Below, in pieces: positions 12,901 to 23,974 of a stretch of DNA of 64,000 bases. The notes under the pieces are model-generated. The model saw only the letters and a list, made by a program, of their open reading frames with translations, was not told the DNA's origin and did no database searches. The DNA comes from Balanoglossus misakiensis (lineage: Eukaryota; Animalia; Hemichordata). The translations under genes were made by a program, and so were the position numbers. The stretch is from assembly GCA_040954595.2 (NCBI GenBank), contig CM082576.2, forward strand, positions 15,857,028 to 15,921,027, in the 5' to 3' direction. Within the stretch, counting starts at the first letter, position 1; every line of letters begins with the position of its first letter.

Positions 12901-14499
12901 ATGGACGGAGAATCCTCTATTTCCCCATGTTAGAAATCACCAAATACATTCGTGTGGCGTAGTGGGTCCCGTCATAGGCTACATGTACTTAAAGGTATAC
13001 GGTCACCTATGCAAATTTACCTACAGTTACCATGGTAAATTGGGATCTAACCAATCACAGATTTTCCGTGGGTGGCACACGCGAAAAAATAGCGCCACCA
13101 TAGGTTTTTTTAGAACACTCAAATACGCCGGCCCATTTCAGCTATATATGGCGATATGCAAATTGGAAGTGACCGTATAGCTTTAATAGTGGGGACGGGT
13201 TGATTATTCCTTGGTTTTCGTGGGCCTTGGTTGTCCGAAAATAGTACCGGGTAAATAAAACGCACGTAAAGATCTTCCTCAATAGTGCAGGTCAAATAAT
13301 TTTGTTTCCAATAAACAGTTGCCTGCTAACACACAGTTGTTTGTTTGCCTCTATTGTATTGCCCTGCGATCTTGAGTGGAGCTGTGCGCCTGTGACAGTT
13401 TGGTTCCGCTCACACACAAAGAAACATGTCTCCATGGTATGGTTATCAATGTCTCTATGGAGTTACGCCTTTGAGTGCAGACTATTTAAAGTTCAACGCA
13501 TAATTTCTTAAAGTCACATTTTCGAATTTTCAAACTTTTCTTTTGAAGAGGAAAGGGCCGGGATTTTGGGGTTGTTCTCTTGCTTCAATAATACAATTAT
13601 GCCACTTTTTCGGAAACCAACACCTTTCAAGGGTCATCAAAGTAGCTCTTCTGTCCTCTAACTGTATGCCATGTTCGCCGCTCCAGCAATCATTGTCTGT
13701 CCCGAAAAATGTACACAGATGGTAAGAAAATTAATCACCCGAATCCGATAGGGTGTGGGCATAATTTTGTAGTTTCTCCATACGCCAAAATTATGTTTTG
13801 ACGTAATAAATTACTTTCAATAAATTAGAAATAGACTTTTTTCTACATAAAACTATATAGAAGATATGGCCGGTAGTAGACAAAACATGGTGTGATATTG
13901 CGCAATGGACGAATATGTGCTTATGTATAGGAAACGTGGCTAACCTAATTAATCCAGAGAGTTTATTCAGAATGATGAACCCGGAAAAGTGAACCCGGAA
14001 ATAAGTTGACATACATAGAAAAAAAGACACTTTCTGTGCGTAGTCACGGCTATAGTTCGAGCACACAGAATGTTTGAACAAATTACATTAAACGCGGGAA
14101 ATAGTATGAAATGAGAAGACATTTCCGAGTTACAATTAGTAGTTGTGATAGTACAGAGCTGGAAGTTGGAAATGGAACAGTTTGGTAAAAATCAACTGTA
14201 AAATTCGTTTTCAACATAGTGTATACTTGTACATATACGATGTTGGGTTCCTGTCCTTTACTTGCCAAATTTAAAGATGGTGATACCTTTTTCCATCTTG
14301 CAAATTGTCTTTCTAGTGTTTTTACAAGTGAACCTGATTTGAAAACTAGTGTCCAACCTTTCATGTGTGGTCTAGCAGCCGAAAGCAATAGGGAAATACG
14401 TAACTTAGTATTCCTAAACCTGACCCTGAACCAGTTACGTTGTGCGCACTTACCTATGGTGAACGCCGTCACCAGCTGAACAGGAAAGCAATGGATCAT
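741..14499 (-). CDS. LRP-like (YWTD/EGF) + mucin + HYR + sushi + ephrin-receptor-like type I membrane protein, 18 exons, ~1554 aa
   Basis: Exons: 14499-14454, 12644-12173, 11968-11816, 11496-11367, 11236-11092, 10743-10624, 10242-10000, 8881-8719, 8514-8387, 8100-7831, 7363-6419, 5797-5456, 4960-4700, 4412-4167, 3348-3166, 2763-2272, 1992-1837, 910-741. Total 4665 nt, phases compatible. Signal peptide [22 protein letters not shown]; LYWTD/MYWTD/VYWTD repeats; [16 protein letters not shown]; [24 protein letters not shown] followed by RRKRPRR. Confidence 0.85.
1231..1380. mobile_element. Hairpin-type non-autonomous element fragment (Crypton/Helentron-like)
   Basis: aacacctattgcc..ggccatagcagccgttt / aaacggctgctatggcc..ggcaataggtgtt form an imperfect ~60 bp-arm inverted repeat. 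Confidence 0.5.
1837..1992 (-). CDS. Ephrin-receptor-like (GCC2/GCC3) Cys-rich exon
   Basis: [42 protein letters not shown] fits the CPxGTY..C..C..YQ..Q..C..C pattern; flanked by AG/GT. Confidence 0.8.
2272..2763 (-). CDS. SVEP1/hyalin-type juxtamembrane exon with furin site
   Basis: Within ORF 2249-2788; VTFTYEGVC...[14 protein letters not shown]; ends [13 protein letters not shown]. Confidence 0.75.
3526..3849. mobile_element. Palindromic MITE with TTAA target (Kolobok-like)
   Basis: TTAA|AGGGACAA...TTGTCCCT|TTAA with long imperfect inverted arms; related copies at ~5899 and ~56553. Confidence 0.75.
4167..4960 (-). CDS. Two HYR domain exons (4960-4700, 4412-4167)
   Basis: [10 protein letters not shown]...[21 protein letters not shown] and [10 protein letters not shown]...[12 protein letters not shown]...[32 protein letters not shown] are classic HYR motifs. 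Confidence 0.85.
5456..7363 (-). CDS. Thr/Ser-rich mucin stalk exons (7363-6419, 5797-5456)
   Basis: Very Thr-rich ORFs bounded by canonical splice sites, phase 1-1. Confidence 0.8.
5899..6245. mobile_element. Second copy of the TTAA palindromic MITE
   Basis: gggacaaagtctctc...gagagagactttgtccct|ttaa; homologous to 3526-3849. Confidence 0.7.
6676..7217 (-). repeat. Coding VNTR, ~5 x 105 bp (35 aa [35 protein letters not shown])
   Basis: Near-identical units at 105 bp spacing. Confidence 0.95.
7540..7720. repeat. Dispersed intronic repeat (second copy ~9040-9220)
   Basis: Shared agaagaaatgatatg...atttcatgacttcct.tggtcaaacatgtctg.ctttgt. Confidence 0.6.
7831..10242 (-). CDS. Second YWTD beta-propeller (4 exons)
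   Basis: PIALDFD..KMYWTD; [17 protein letters not shown]; PRAIIVD..LFWSDWG; [14 protein letters not shown]; IYWTDW. Confidence 0.9.
10624..12644 (-). CDS. First YWTD beta-propeller plus EGF module (5 exons)
   Basis: [14 protein letters not shown]; [17 protein letters not shown]; [17 protein letters not shown]; EGF with 6 Cys at 10743-10624. Confidence 0.9.
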
Positions 14500-15767
14500 C
14501 CCGTATGAAGGTGCAGATGTTTCAATTTTCTTAGAAGAAGCAGAAGGCTCTGGGTATCCGAGACTATTTTCTTACAGTGCTTGCACGCCCGCGAGCGAGG
14601 ATCGGCAATCTCACCACATGCGGCTGGTGCAGACACTGTTGACTCCACTTACATGGCCCTGGCCCTGGGTCGGTACTGCGGCCGTAAAACCCCGGAGCGT
14701 CGATTGGCCTGGCTCCAAGTATTTTACGCACAGAACAAAAAAGGCCCATTAATCTTGTCTTGTTGTTGTGCTGTTTATGCTCCCGGTAACCGTGAACAGC
14801 TACTGTTGTGAATCTCTGTGTTCAGCACCGACAACTTTCCACTTAAAATTAAATAGCGTCGCGATATAAGCACACAGAGCATTATAATAATAAAATAGCT
14901 TTATTTGCATTTCAAGGCCTCCGGTCCATGTGCAAAGGGGGGTTACATTGAGTGTTTCTATCACCTCATCACTAAAAAAGTATTACAAATACCTCATGAA
15001 TATGAAAACAATATGCGGAAGTAAAGTACAGAGGGAAAAATACACATCGGCTCTTTCTCTGAGCTTGACTGCTTTATGTACAAAATTACAAAGCCTGAAT
15101 GTGATATCTGAATCATTTGTGTTCATTACATCGATAAACTTATGAAAGTTTGGCTCTAAAAATAAATCCGTTGGTAATTATCGTACTCTGAGATTGTTAT
15201 ACAGTGGACATATTACTAAAGAATGGTACTCATCTTATACTTCTTTTATGTTACAAAATGTACAATGTCTGTCTGCTGGGTCAATGTGGTGTCTTCTACC
15301 TTCCTCTATAGCGAGAGGAAGTGAAGAACACCGAAAACGTGAATATACAGAGCATTATCACACATAGCAGAAATTATAATGCCTTTAAGCTACCGTGTAT
15401 TGCAAATATATTTATTGGAGAACTGTAAATCGCAAAGTTTTAACATAATTGCAATAACCAATGAGACATAGGAATGAATCTTTAGCAGTAATTGGGAAAA
15501 AACGACACTCACGTGTAATTAAGGTAGGGGACAACCCAGATGTAGTGTATGGTTATCATATTCGATAGCCTTTTATATGTAGAATTGTGATAAAACATTG
15601 TTATTGCAATGTTGGCATGTTCTTGAAATTTTCCTTATTTGTCAAGTAATATTTTCATGGTGTAAATATTTCACAACTCTTGAGATCTTTAGAGCTTATG
15701 GCTTATATGAGGACTTCCGGGTGAATTACAGCTTATTGACATCAGAGTTACTGAGGTATCAATTCTC

Positions 15768-15895
15768 CAAAAGGAGGTTAGTTATAGGGAGGTCAAATAG
15801 GTCTAATGCGCTTAATTTGGATACTTCTATTTAGTTGCTATCGGTCTCATGGTATGCCCAATGCAAACACTGAACATGCGTGTCGGAGCGCACAG
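15768..15895 (-). pseudogene. Relic of the 3' end (last codons + 3' flank) of a cGLR paralog
   Basis: cttaatttggatacttct..tagttgct..catggtatgcc.aatgc..aacactgaacatgcgtgtcggagcgcacag matches 47480-47571 (stop region of the cGLR gene). Confidence 0.8.
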
Positions 15896-17287
15896 CCAGC
15901 GTGAGCAACGGTGAATCGACTATGAAGATGGACGACCGCATGCGTCATCTTGCGAAGGTTATGAGTGCGGCCCCCGGAAACTATGTGAGTGACCCTAGTA
16001 TTCGGTTAGAGTGTGTTTTAGTCGATGGAAAATTGTTTCTTTTTCTGCCAAATTTAGTCTTCGGTTGTAGTCATATCCTTTCACGGGTAAGCTTCTGGTC
16101 CGCTTACAATGAACACCCATTTTTGCCATTCCAGTGGGCACCTTAAGGGACCGTTCAGTTTTTACGGCCGGGGGGGGGGGCAAAATCAGGGGGGGGTCAC
16201 TTAAATTTTGGAATCCAAAAGAGGGGGGGTCATCTTTTTTTCGAAGCGTTTAGGTGGGGGTCATTATATTTTTTTTTTAATTAAAAGTTGAACGTACTGT
16301 TTTCTCTGACATGAAATGATACATGGCAAAACCACATTTGAATTTATAAGACATGGCCATGCCACGATATTATTCATGCTGAATGTGTATTGCAATTTTG
16401 AATCTTTAAAATGAAGTGACAGACAGGTTTGCTTCATGGTATTTCAAATTCATGTTTATGACTAGTCAGATAACCTGTCAACCATTTCAATATATTCAGA
16501 TTGTTTTCTTTTATTTAGCATCACAACATGAATGATTTCTTTCAATACAAGTTTTATTTCACAGTGTTTAAAAATAGAACTGAAGAACAAAAGCAAAATA
16601 AATAGTATATATGTTTTAATCAACAATAAAATGGTCTCTGTCATCATTTTAAATCAATATAAAGTAAAACTATTTCTGTGTCATCATAAAATCAATATAT
16701 TTATAGTATAAGTATAAAACTAATATATAAAACTCTCTCTCTCTGTAAAATGCCAAGCGAACAGGTTTTCAATCCAGGAGTGCAGTTCCAGGGTCAGCTT
16801 ACATAGAAAAGGTGTTTTCATTCATAGAAGACCACTTTCATGTAGGTGAACATTTCATGGAGTATTTGAAGCAAGGGTGCCTTGAAAAGGGGGAACATGT
16901 GCAAATTTTGTAGTGATCACCCATTTACTGGACCACAGATGGAGAGAATCCCTCAACCCATTCCTGTTTAAAATAGGCCATATCATTTTATGAATGTCTT
17001 TGACACCCCCAATGTGAGCGAAGCTGGTCAGCCCAGACAAGCGGATGATTGGCAGCGTCGAGTCAACATCACCAAGCTCTTTAGAAGTGTCCAACTATCG
17101 CTTGACAACACTGAGGGCATAAGGGAGACTGCCGTACAATATGCGGTAGAAGAAGAGGATGTAAAATCATGTCTCCAGCATCTGACAACCTTAAAACAGT
17201 CCAGAGAAGGTGAGAGGAAGAAAAAACAACAGGAAAAGAAAGAAAAGCAGTATCATGAATAGGACTGGATGAGTCATGTTTTGAATG

Positions 17288-18080
17288 TGTTACGACCCGC
17301 AGGCCGTCCGAGCCAAAAATATGCGGATAATAGAGAGGCCAATTTACCTGACCGGATGGTTTGTTTTACACCCGAACCGACCAACAGGCCGCAGCAAAAG
17401 AAATGGTCAAAGACAGCACACGTACAACAAACCAGTCTATTTACAGTGTTAATTTAATTGCAGATACGAGTAATATTCACAATATGTTAACTAATATTTA
17501 CAATAAACTACAAACTAAACTCGAGCGTGACCAGGTGACCAAAACAAAATTCCTAACACGTTCAAAGTGTCATAAACAGTTCGGTGACTCGACGCCCGAC
17601 GATACTGGCCTTTGACTCGACGCACAACAATTCTGGCCGTTCTGTCCGTTTTACGCCAGTGTACAATTAAAGACAGCCACATATTACCTCAGATACAGTT
17701 CCGCCGTGTAGTCCACAGACAGCCACGTATTACCTCAAATGCAGTTCCACAGTGACCTTGAGACGCGCTCCCTCAGGACGGCTCCCAAATTCCACTCGGC
17801 GTCCTCGAAAACATCCACCACGACTTCACAAGTCCCTTCGGCAGTGTCAATCCTCAGCTACCACAGTAGACAGGCGCTCCGTACGGTGGGCTCAAAAAAC
17901 TCCTCGACAAGGCGACGGCACAGCTACCAGACCAGAATCAAAATGAGCCACACGACAACGTGGCACTGGGCGGCTTTTATACGACCAAAACTAACACCTG
18001 GTCACGCTAATATGTTAAATAAAGAAATTAACATAGGTGCACCTGGCCACGAAACAAAACAAATAAGAAACTTCGTCACA
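17288..18080 (-). mobile_element. Solo LTR inserted in the transposon ORF
   Basis: AATG|TGTTACG...CGTCACA|AATG (TG..CA ends, 4-bp TSD); removing it restores DWMSHVLNGTLKK. Confidence 0.85.
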
Positions 18081-18305
18081 AATGGTACACTGAAAAAACT
18101 GACTGTAAGAGAGCTGGATAAGTACTTGACTCGCCATAATCTGTCAACAAAAGGGAACAAAGGCGATAAAGTGAAGGCAGTGACGTGTGATGTTATGCGG
18201 AAAGAAGCACATAGCCAAGAGAAAACGAACGAACTACGTACAAAGGCACCTACAGCGTGAGGATACAACCAATGACAGCGCTACGTCAGAAGAAGAACTG
18301 TTTCC

Positions 18306-18347
<42 letters not shown>

Positions 18348-19493
18348 CACTATTGTACAGGAAATAGGCAGCAGTTAGGAAGATGAAATTACTGAAACTT
18401 TACATACAGTGTACACAAGATCAGGATGACGAGCAGGCTCTTGGAAGTAAGCTTTTTTACTCCACAAGTAGTTGTGTAATGTTAGTTTGGAGGGAGGGGG
18501 GTCATCACATATTTTGCCTGTCAAAGGGAGGTCATCATTTTTTAGTCTAGGGTGATGGGGGGTCTGTCTGATTTTGAAAACCGATGTCACAAACATGCCC
18601 CCCAGCCGTAAAAAACTGAACGGTCCCTAAGTACAACATTAATTGGTGATCTTCAGCAGTACGAAAAAAAACTCATATACATATTTTTTCATGTGTAATT
18701 GAGAATTAAAGCGACATGCCTCATTTCACTTCCAGGAACACATGCGGGCGAAACCACCAAAGCTTGAATATGGTCAACCCTACGAATCAATGTATGGAGC
18801 TGATCATGGCTTCATGAGACCATACGTTGCAACTGGCTCTGAGGTAATGTGAGAACTGCTCTATCTGTTCTCAATATCCTTGTTGGATCTGACCTCAAAT
18901 GTATTTACCTGATGAATAATAAGCGAACTCGGTACCATTTGTTAGACAAGCCGGTTTCTGTCTCTCAGGATCCAGGAGTGCAGTTCTAGGGTCAGCTTAC
19001 ATAGAAAAGGTATTTTCATTCATAGAAGACCACTTTCATTTAGGGGAACTTTTCATGGAGTATTGGAAGCAAGGGTGCCTTGAAAAGGGGAACATGTGCA
19101 AATTTTGTAGTGATCACCCATTTACTGGACCACAGATGGAGAGAATCCCTCAACCAATTCCTGATCAAAATAGGCCATATCATTTTATGAATGTCTTTGA
19201 CACCCCCAATGTGAGCGAAGCTGGTCAGCCCAGACAAGCGGATGATTGGCAGCCTCGAGTCAACATCACCAAGCTCTTTAGAAGTGTCCTACTATCGCTT
19301 GACAACACTGATGGCATAAGGGAGACTGCCGTAAAATATGCGGTAGAAGAAGAGAATGTAAAATCATGTCTCCAGCATCTGACAACCTTAAAACAGACCA
19401 GGCAGATCAGAGAAGGTGAGAGGAAGAAAAAAAAACAGGAAATGAAAGAAAAGCAGTATCATGAATATGACTGGATGAGTCATGTTTTGAATG

Positions 19494-20959
19494 TGTTACG
19501 ACCCGCAGGCCGTCCGAGCCATAAATATGCAGTTCCACAGTGATCCGGAGACGCGCTCCCTCGGGACAGCTCCCAAATTCCACGCGGCGTCCTCGAAAAC
19601 ATCCACCACGACTTCACTAGTCCCTTCGGCAGTGTCAATCCTCAGTTACCACAGTAGACAGGCACTCCGTACGGTGGGCTCCAAAATATCCTCGACAAGG
19701 CGACGGCACAGCTACCAGACCAGAATCAAAATGAGCCACACAGAATACGTACACTCTACTGCAATTTTAATTCAAGCTCTAATTTCTTAAATATCATATT
19801 GATCTCTTTCCCTATCCCTTTCTGCTTGCAGATCTCGTTCTCTTTTTAATTCCAATTTAGCCAATACTATATCCCGTGGTACGCCCGTTTGAAGCTCGGT
19901 CTCATCATCAGAATATTTCAAGTCTAATTCAATAGCTACAGCTTAAATTATATCTACTTTACGCATTTTTTGTGTGACATCAACCCCAATTGCGTCAGCT
20001 AAATCTTTCAATTCAGCTTTTCGCTTACCCATTAACTCGTCTACGGTAACATTAGGAGCAGTAGCCATTCTTATTGTACAAACAACCAAAAGTATATATA
20101 CAATAGTAAACGTCTCTGCTTTGACCATCGAGCTACAATATACTAAGAATTGAAGGTGAAATATTTATCCCGGACGAGCCCCCAATTTGAGCCAAAAATA
20201 TGCGGATAATAGAGAGGCCAATTTATCTGACCGGGTGGCTTGTTTTACACCCGAACCGACCAACAGGCCGCAGCAAAAGAAATGGTCAAAGACAGCACAC
20301 GTTCAACAAACCAGTCTATTTACAATGTTAATTTAATTGCAGATACGAGTAATGTTCACAATATGTTAACTAATATTTACAATAAACTACAAACTAAACT
20401 CGAGCGTGACCAGGTGACCAAAGCAAAATTCCTAACACGTTCAAAGTGTCATAAATAGTTCGGTGACTCGACGCCCGATGATACTGGTCTTTCACTCGAC
20501 GCACAACAATTCTGGACGTTCTGTCCGTTTTACGGCAGTGTACAATTAAAGACAGCCACATATTACCTCAGATACAGTTCCGCCGTGTAGTCCACAGACA
20601 GCCACGTATTACCTCAAATGCAGTTCCACAGTGACCCGGAGACGCGCTCTCTCAGGACAGCTCCCAAATTCTACGCGGCGTCCTCGAAAACATCCACCAC
20701 GACTTCACTAGTCCCTTCGGCAGTGTCAATCCTCAGCTACCACAGTAGACATGCACTCCGTACGGTGGGCTCCAAAAACTCCTCGACAAGGCGACGGAAC
20801 AGCTACCAGACCAGAATCAAAATGAGCCACACGACAACGTGGCACTGGGTGGCTTTTATACGACCAAAACTAACACCTGGTCACGTTAAAATGTTAAATA
20901 AAGAAATTAACATAGGTGCACCTGGCCACGAAACAAAACAAATAAGAAACTTCGTCACA
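19494..20959 (-). mobile_element. Deleted Gypsy-type LTR retrotransposon (5' LTR, tRNA-Pro PBS, gag N-terminus, truncated 3' LTR)
   Basis: Same AATG TSD site; PBS TGGGGGCTCGTCCGGGAT (minus strand, 20184-20167); gag-like MATAPNVTVDELMGKRKAELKDLADAIGV with an in-frame stop followed by an E/R-rich coiled coil. Confidence 0.85.
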
Positions 20960-21180
20960 AATGGTACACTGAAAAAACTGACTGTAAGAGAGCTGGATAA
21001 GTACTTGACTCGCCATAATCTGTCAACAAAAGGGAACAAAGGCGATAAAGTGAAGGCAGTGGCGTGTGATGTTATGCGGAAAGAAGCACAAAGCCAAGAG
21101 AAAACGAACCGCGTACAAAGGCACCTACAGCGTGAGGATACAACCAATGACAGCGCTACGTCAGAAGAAGAACTGTTCCC

Positions 21181-21181
<1 letters not shown>

Positions 21182-21259
<78 letters not shown>

Positions 21260-21281
21260 GATGATGATGATGGTGATGATG
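21182..21281 (+). repeat. (GAT)n microsatellite encoding poly-Asp (shorter copy 18306-18346)
   Basis: Directly visible. Confidence 0.95.
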
Positions 21282-23256
21282 ACACTGTTGTACAGGAAAT
21301 AGGCAGCAGTGAGGATGATGAAATTACTGAAACTTTACATACAGTGTACACAAGATCAGGACGACGAGCAGGCTCTTGGAAGCAAGCTTTTTTTACTCCA
21401 CAAGTAGTTGTATAATGTTAGTTTGGGGGAGGGGGTCATCACATTTTTTGCCTGTCAAAGGGGGGTCATCATTTTTTAGTCTAGGGTGAAGGGGGGTCTG
21501 TCTGATTTTGAAAACCGATGTCACAAACATGCCCCCCCAGCCGTAAAAACTGAACGGTCCCTAAGTACAACATTAATTGGTGATCTTCAGCAGTACGAAA
21601 AAAACCTTATATACATATTTCTTCATGTGTAATTGAGAATTAAAGCGACATGCCTCATTTCACTTCCAGGAACACATGCGGGCGAAACCACCAAAGCTTG
21701 AATATGGTCAACCCTACGAATCAATGTATAGAGCTGATCATGGCTTCATGAGACCATACGTTGCAACTGGCTCTGAGGTAATGTGAGAACTGCTCTATCT
21801 GTTCTCAATATCCGTTTTGGATCTGACCTCAAATGTATTTACCTGATGAATAATAAGCGAACTCGGTACCATTTGTTAGATATAGCCGGTTTCTGTCTCT
21901 ATCAAAAGAAAATGCTGGTTAGAGTTAATGCGAGTCTCATTTTGCACTTGTCAGATTCAGAATTTTGATTTACAATCCTTACATCGTTTTACAGGCATCG
22001 GCGAGATACTCGGACTGATCTATCCACCAAACGTACTAAGTAAGCAGCTGTAACCCTGTGAGGCTCGGGATCTTGCTCCAAAAAGCGGTCAACACGCAGC
22101 CGTGAGGGATGTGGAAATTCCGTTCTATGCATGAATCCCGGTAGCCATCGTTATTCCGCCTGCTTCGTTTGGTAATCTTATATGGGGACATACATGCCGA
22201 TAATTGGCTTTGAACAGTATTAGAGTGCGCTACTATAAGGAGTGACACTCGAACCGAATGATGTGATTTGGACATAACGTTAACAGTTTACTTTGTAAAA
22301 TATTGTAAGTGAAACTTAATATGCTTGGGAACAGGACTGTCAAGATCTTATTTTTTATATTCAAATGTGTTCATAAAACAGACCAAAAACAAAACAAATT
22401 AATAATGTTTCGGTAATATTAAATTAATTTACATTAATTTAACTTTTTGAAAAGAAATCAGAAAGACAAAAATGCCTTGATCAAACTTTTTTCGAAAATT
22501 TGGTTTATATAATCGAGCATTTAGATGTACAAAAATAGTACGGGATATGTATACACTATAAGTTGGATCGTCTAATGCCTCAAAACTGTATTAATCAGAC
22601 GTAACTTTCCTATTTCCCCGATGTTATTGTATCTTCACTACGAGACGACCATCCCTAGCAATATGTCAACAGCATTTTGTAATATATATGGTTGGAATTA
22701 TCTGAGATTATCCTAATTTAGCGGTCCTGGTTGAAACAGTGTTACAAGGCGACATTCAAAGTTAAATAGTCTTCGTTACTGGTCCAGTTACATGTATTTA
22801 CGAAAAAAGTAAGCATTGCTTTTTTTTTCAGATCACGTGTCATCCCAAAGTGACACAGTGGTACGGATGTCTTTTACTACTTTAAGGTAAAGCCGACCAG
22901 TCTTTGAACTGTAAGCATTAAGGTAAATTTAAATACTGCGGTATTGGACGATTTATCAGACAACTATTTATATTATTTTTGGTAATTTAATGACAATTCT
23001 GAAATTGCAACGCATTTTTGGTAGTCTTTCATTTTATTTAAACAAGATGTATGGAAACATTTTTGTATTTATTTACTCTTTTACCGATATATTTACAGGT
23101 TAACCGTACATCCGCGAAGCCTTTGACATGTCTGCCATTGCTCTAATCCTGTCGCGTTTATGCGCATGCGTTTACGAAATCCCATTCGGCAATCTTGGTT
23201 GCTTTATCGGCGGTAACACACGAAGCAAGATCGTCGAATAAAATTGGGAACCTTCC

Positions 23257-23320
23257 AACCCGCCCTTAGAGAGATTTTATGTAACATTTTTTCGGTTCAT
23301 GAACAATCTGGGTGTAAGTA
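23257..23320. promoter_or_regulatory. Conserved ~60 bp element shared with the region just upstream of the cGLR start (63022-63083)
   Basis: ccaacc.gcccttagagagattttatgtaac...tttcggttcatgaaca...gggtgtaag at both sites, same orientation. Confidence 0.45.
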
Positions 23321-23974
23321 TTACTAAATGCATACGATTCTATTCGCATTATTTTAGCATGACTAATCAACAGTATTATAATTGGAAATGTGTATATGAA
23401 ACAAAGAAAATGTGTTGTAAACACGAGACGAATAAATGGCTATAAAATATTTGTATATTCATAATTGTGAGACCGCGTTAGTTGCAAGTTTATGTTATTC
23501 ATAGTTTAATATAATTAAATTAATGTTAATAGCCGGTTTGAATTTTATGCTGAGCATAAGAATGCGTCTCTTTTCTCCAACATTACTACACCAATATCAT
23601 CAAACAATAGGGTGACGACACCCACCCTGGACTACAAAAAGCGCTCTAGGAGTAACATCGTACTGTATTCAGTAGTGATCATCTCGAGACAAAAGCTAAC
23701 GGGCGTTAACACAAAGACCCCCACGGGCGATGTAACACGTTGGGTTTAAAAGCGTATTGTTGGTGTATTGATCGGCTTACAGTGTAAATAACGGTGCTCA
23801 CACTTTTCTTTGTCAATGGGCGCGTCCGCTACGTAAGTGAGACACCCGAGAACCGTGTACCAGGCACCGGTAGGCGATCTTCCCTCGCAGTCGTGAGCCG
23901 AGTTGCAAGCAGGCAGACTGACAAGCGGGCAATCGGGCAGACAGAGGAAGAGGGTACGCTGTGGAGGCCACGCA

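Larger units (their letters stand above)
16147..21561 (+). mobile_element. Defective TIR DNA transposon with TAA TSD (Zator or PIF/Harbinger-like), right part tandemly duplicated
   Basis: TAA|GGGACCGTTCAGTTTTTACGGC at 16147; inverted GCCGTAAAAACTGAACGGTCCC|TAA ending at 18627 and 21561; subterminal GGGGGTCA repeats; C-terminal ORF relic with CKFC, DDWQPR, SAP-like GTLKKLTVRELDKYLTRHNLSTKGNKGDKV and a poly-Asp tail. Confidence 0.75.
16773..21900. repeat. Tandem segmental duplication (copy 1 ~16773-18966, copy 2 ~18970-21900)
   Basis: Both copies begin tccaggagtgcagttc and end gccggtttctgtctct; they include the right TIR and ~340 bp of host flank. Confidence 0.9.
15890..22018 (+). pseudogene. 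5'-truncated relic of a sushi/SEA mucin paralog: cytoplasmic-tail exons (~15890-15984, 21670-21777 with duplicate 18736-18843, 21995-22018)
   Basis: Phase-0 exons DDRMRHLAKVMSAAPGNY | EHMRAKPPKLEYGQPYESMYRADHGFMRPYVATGSE | ASARYSD* parallel the intact gene's NRLQHY..VVE | KKY..GNFTTPYIATGQE | LANNSYSNYGYYD*. Confidence 0.65.

Noticed and set aside
499-15767. Giant hAT-like transposon defined by the 8-bp CAAAAGGA direct repeat
   Set aside because: No terminal inverted repeats or transposase visible; kept only as an insertion hypothesis
20167-20184. tRNA-Pro gene
   Set aside because: Only the 18-nt 3' end including CCA is present next to an LTR, so it is a PBS
20618-21415. 265-aa ORF as an intact gene, and the poly-Met ORF 21066-21302
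   Set aside because: Chimeric read-through from LTR sequence into the transposon C-terminal relic; poly-Met is another frame of (GAT)n
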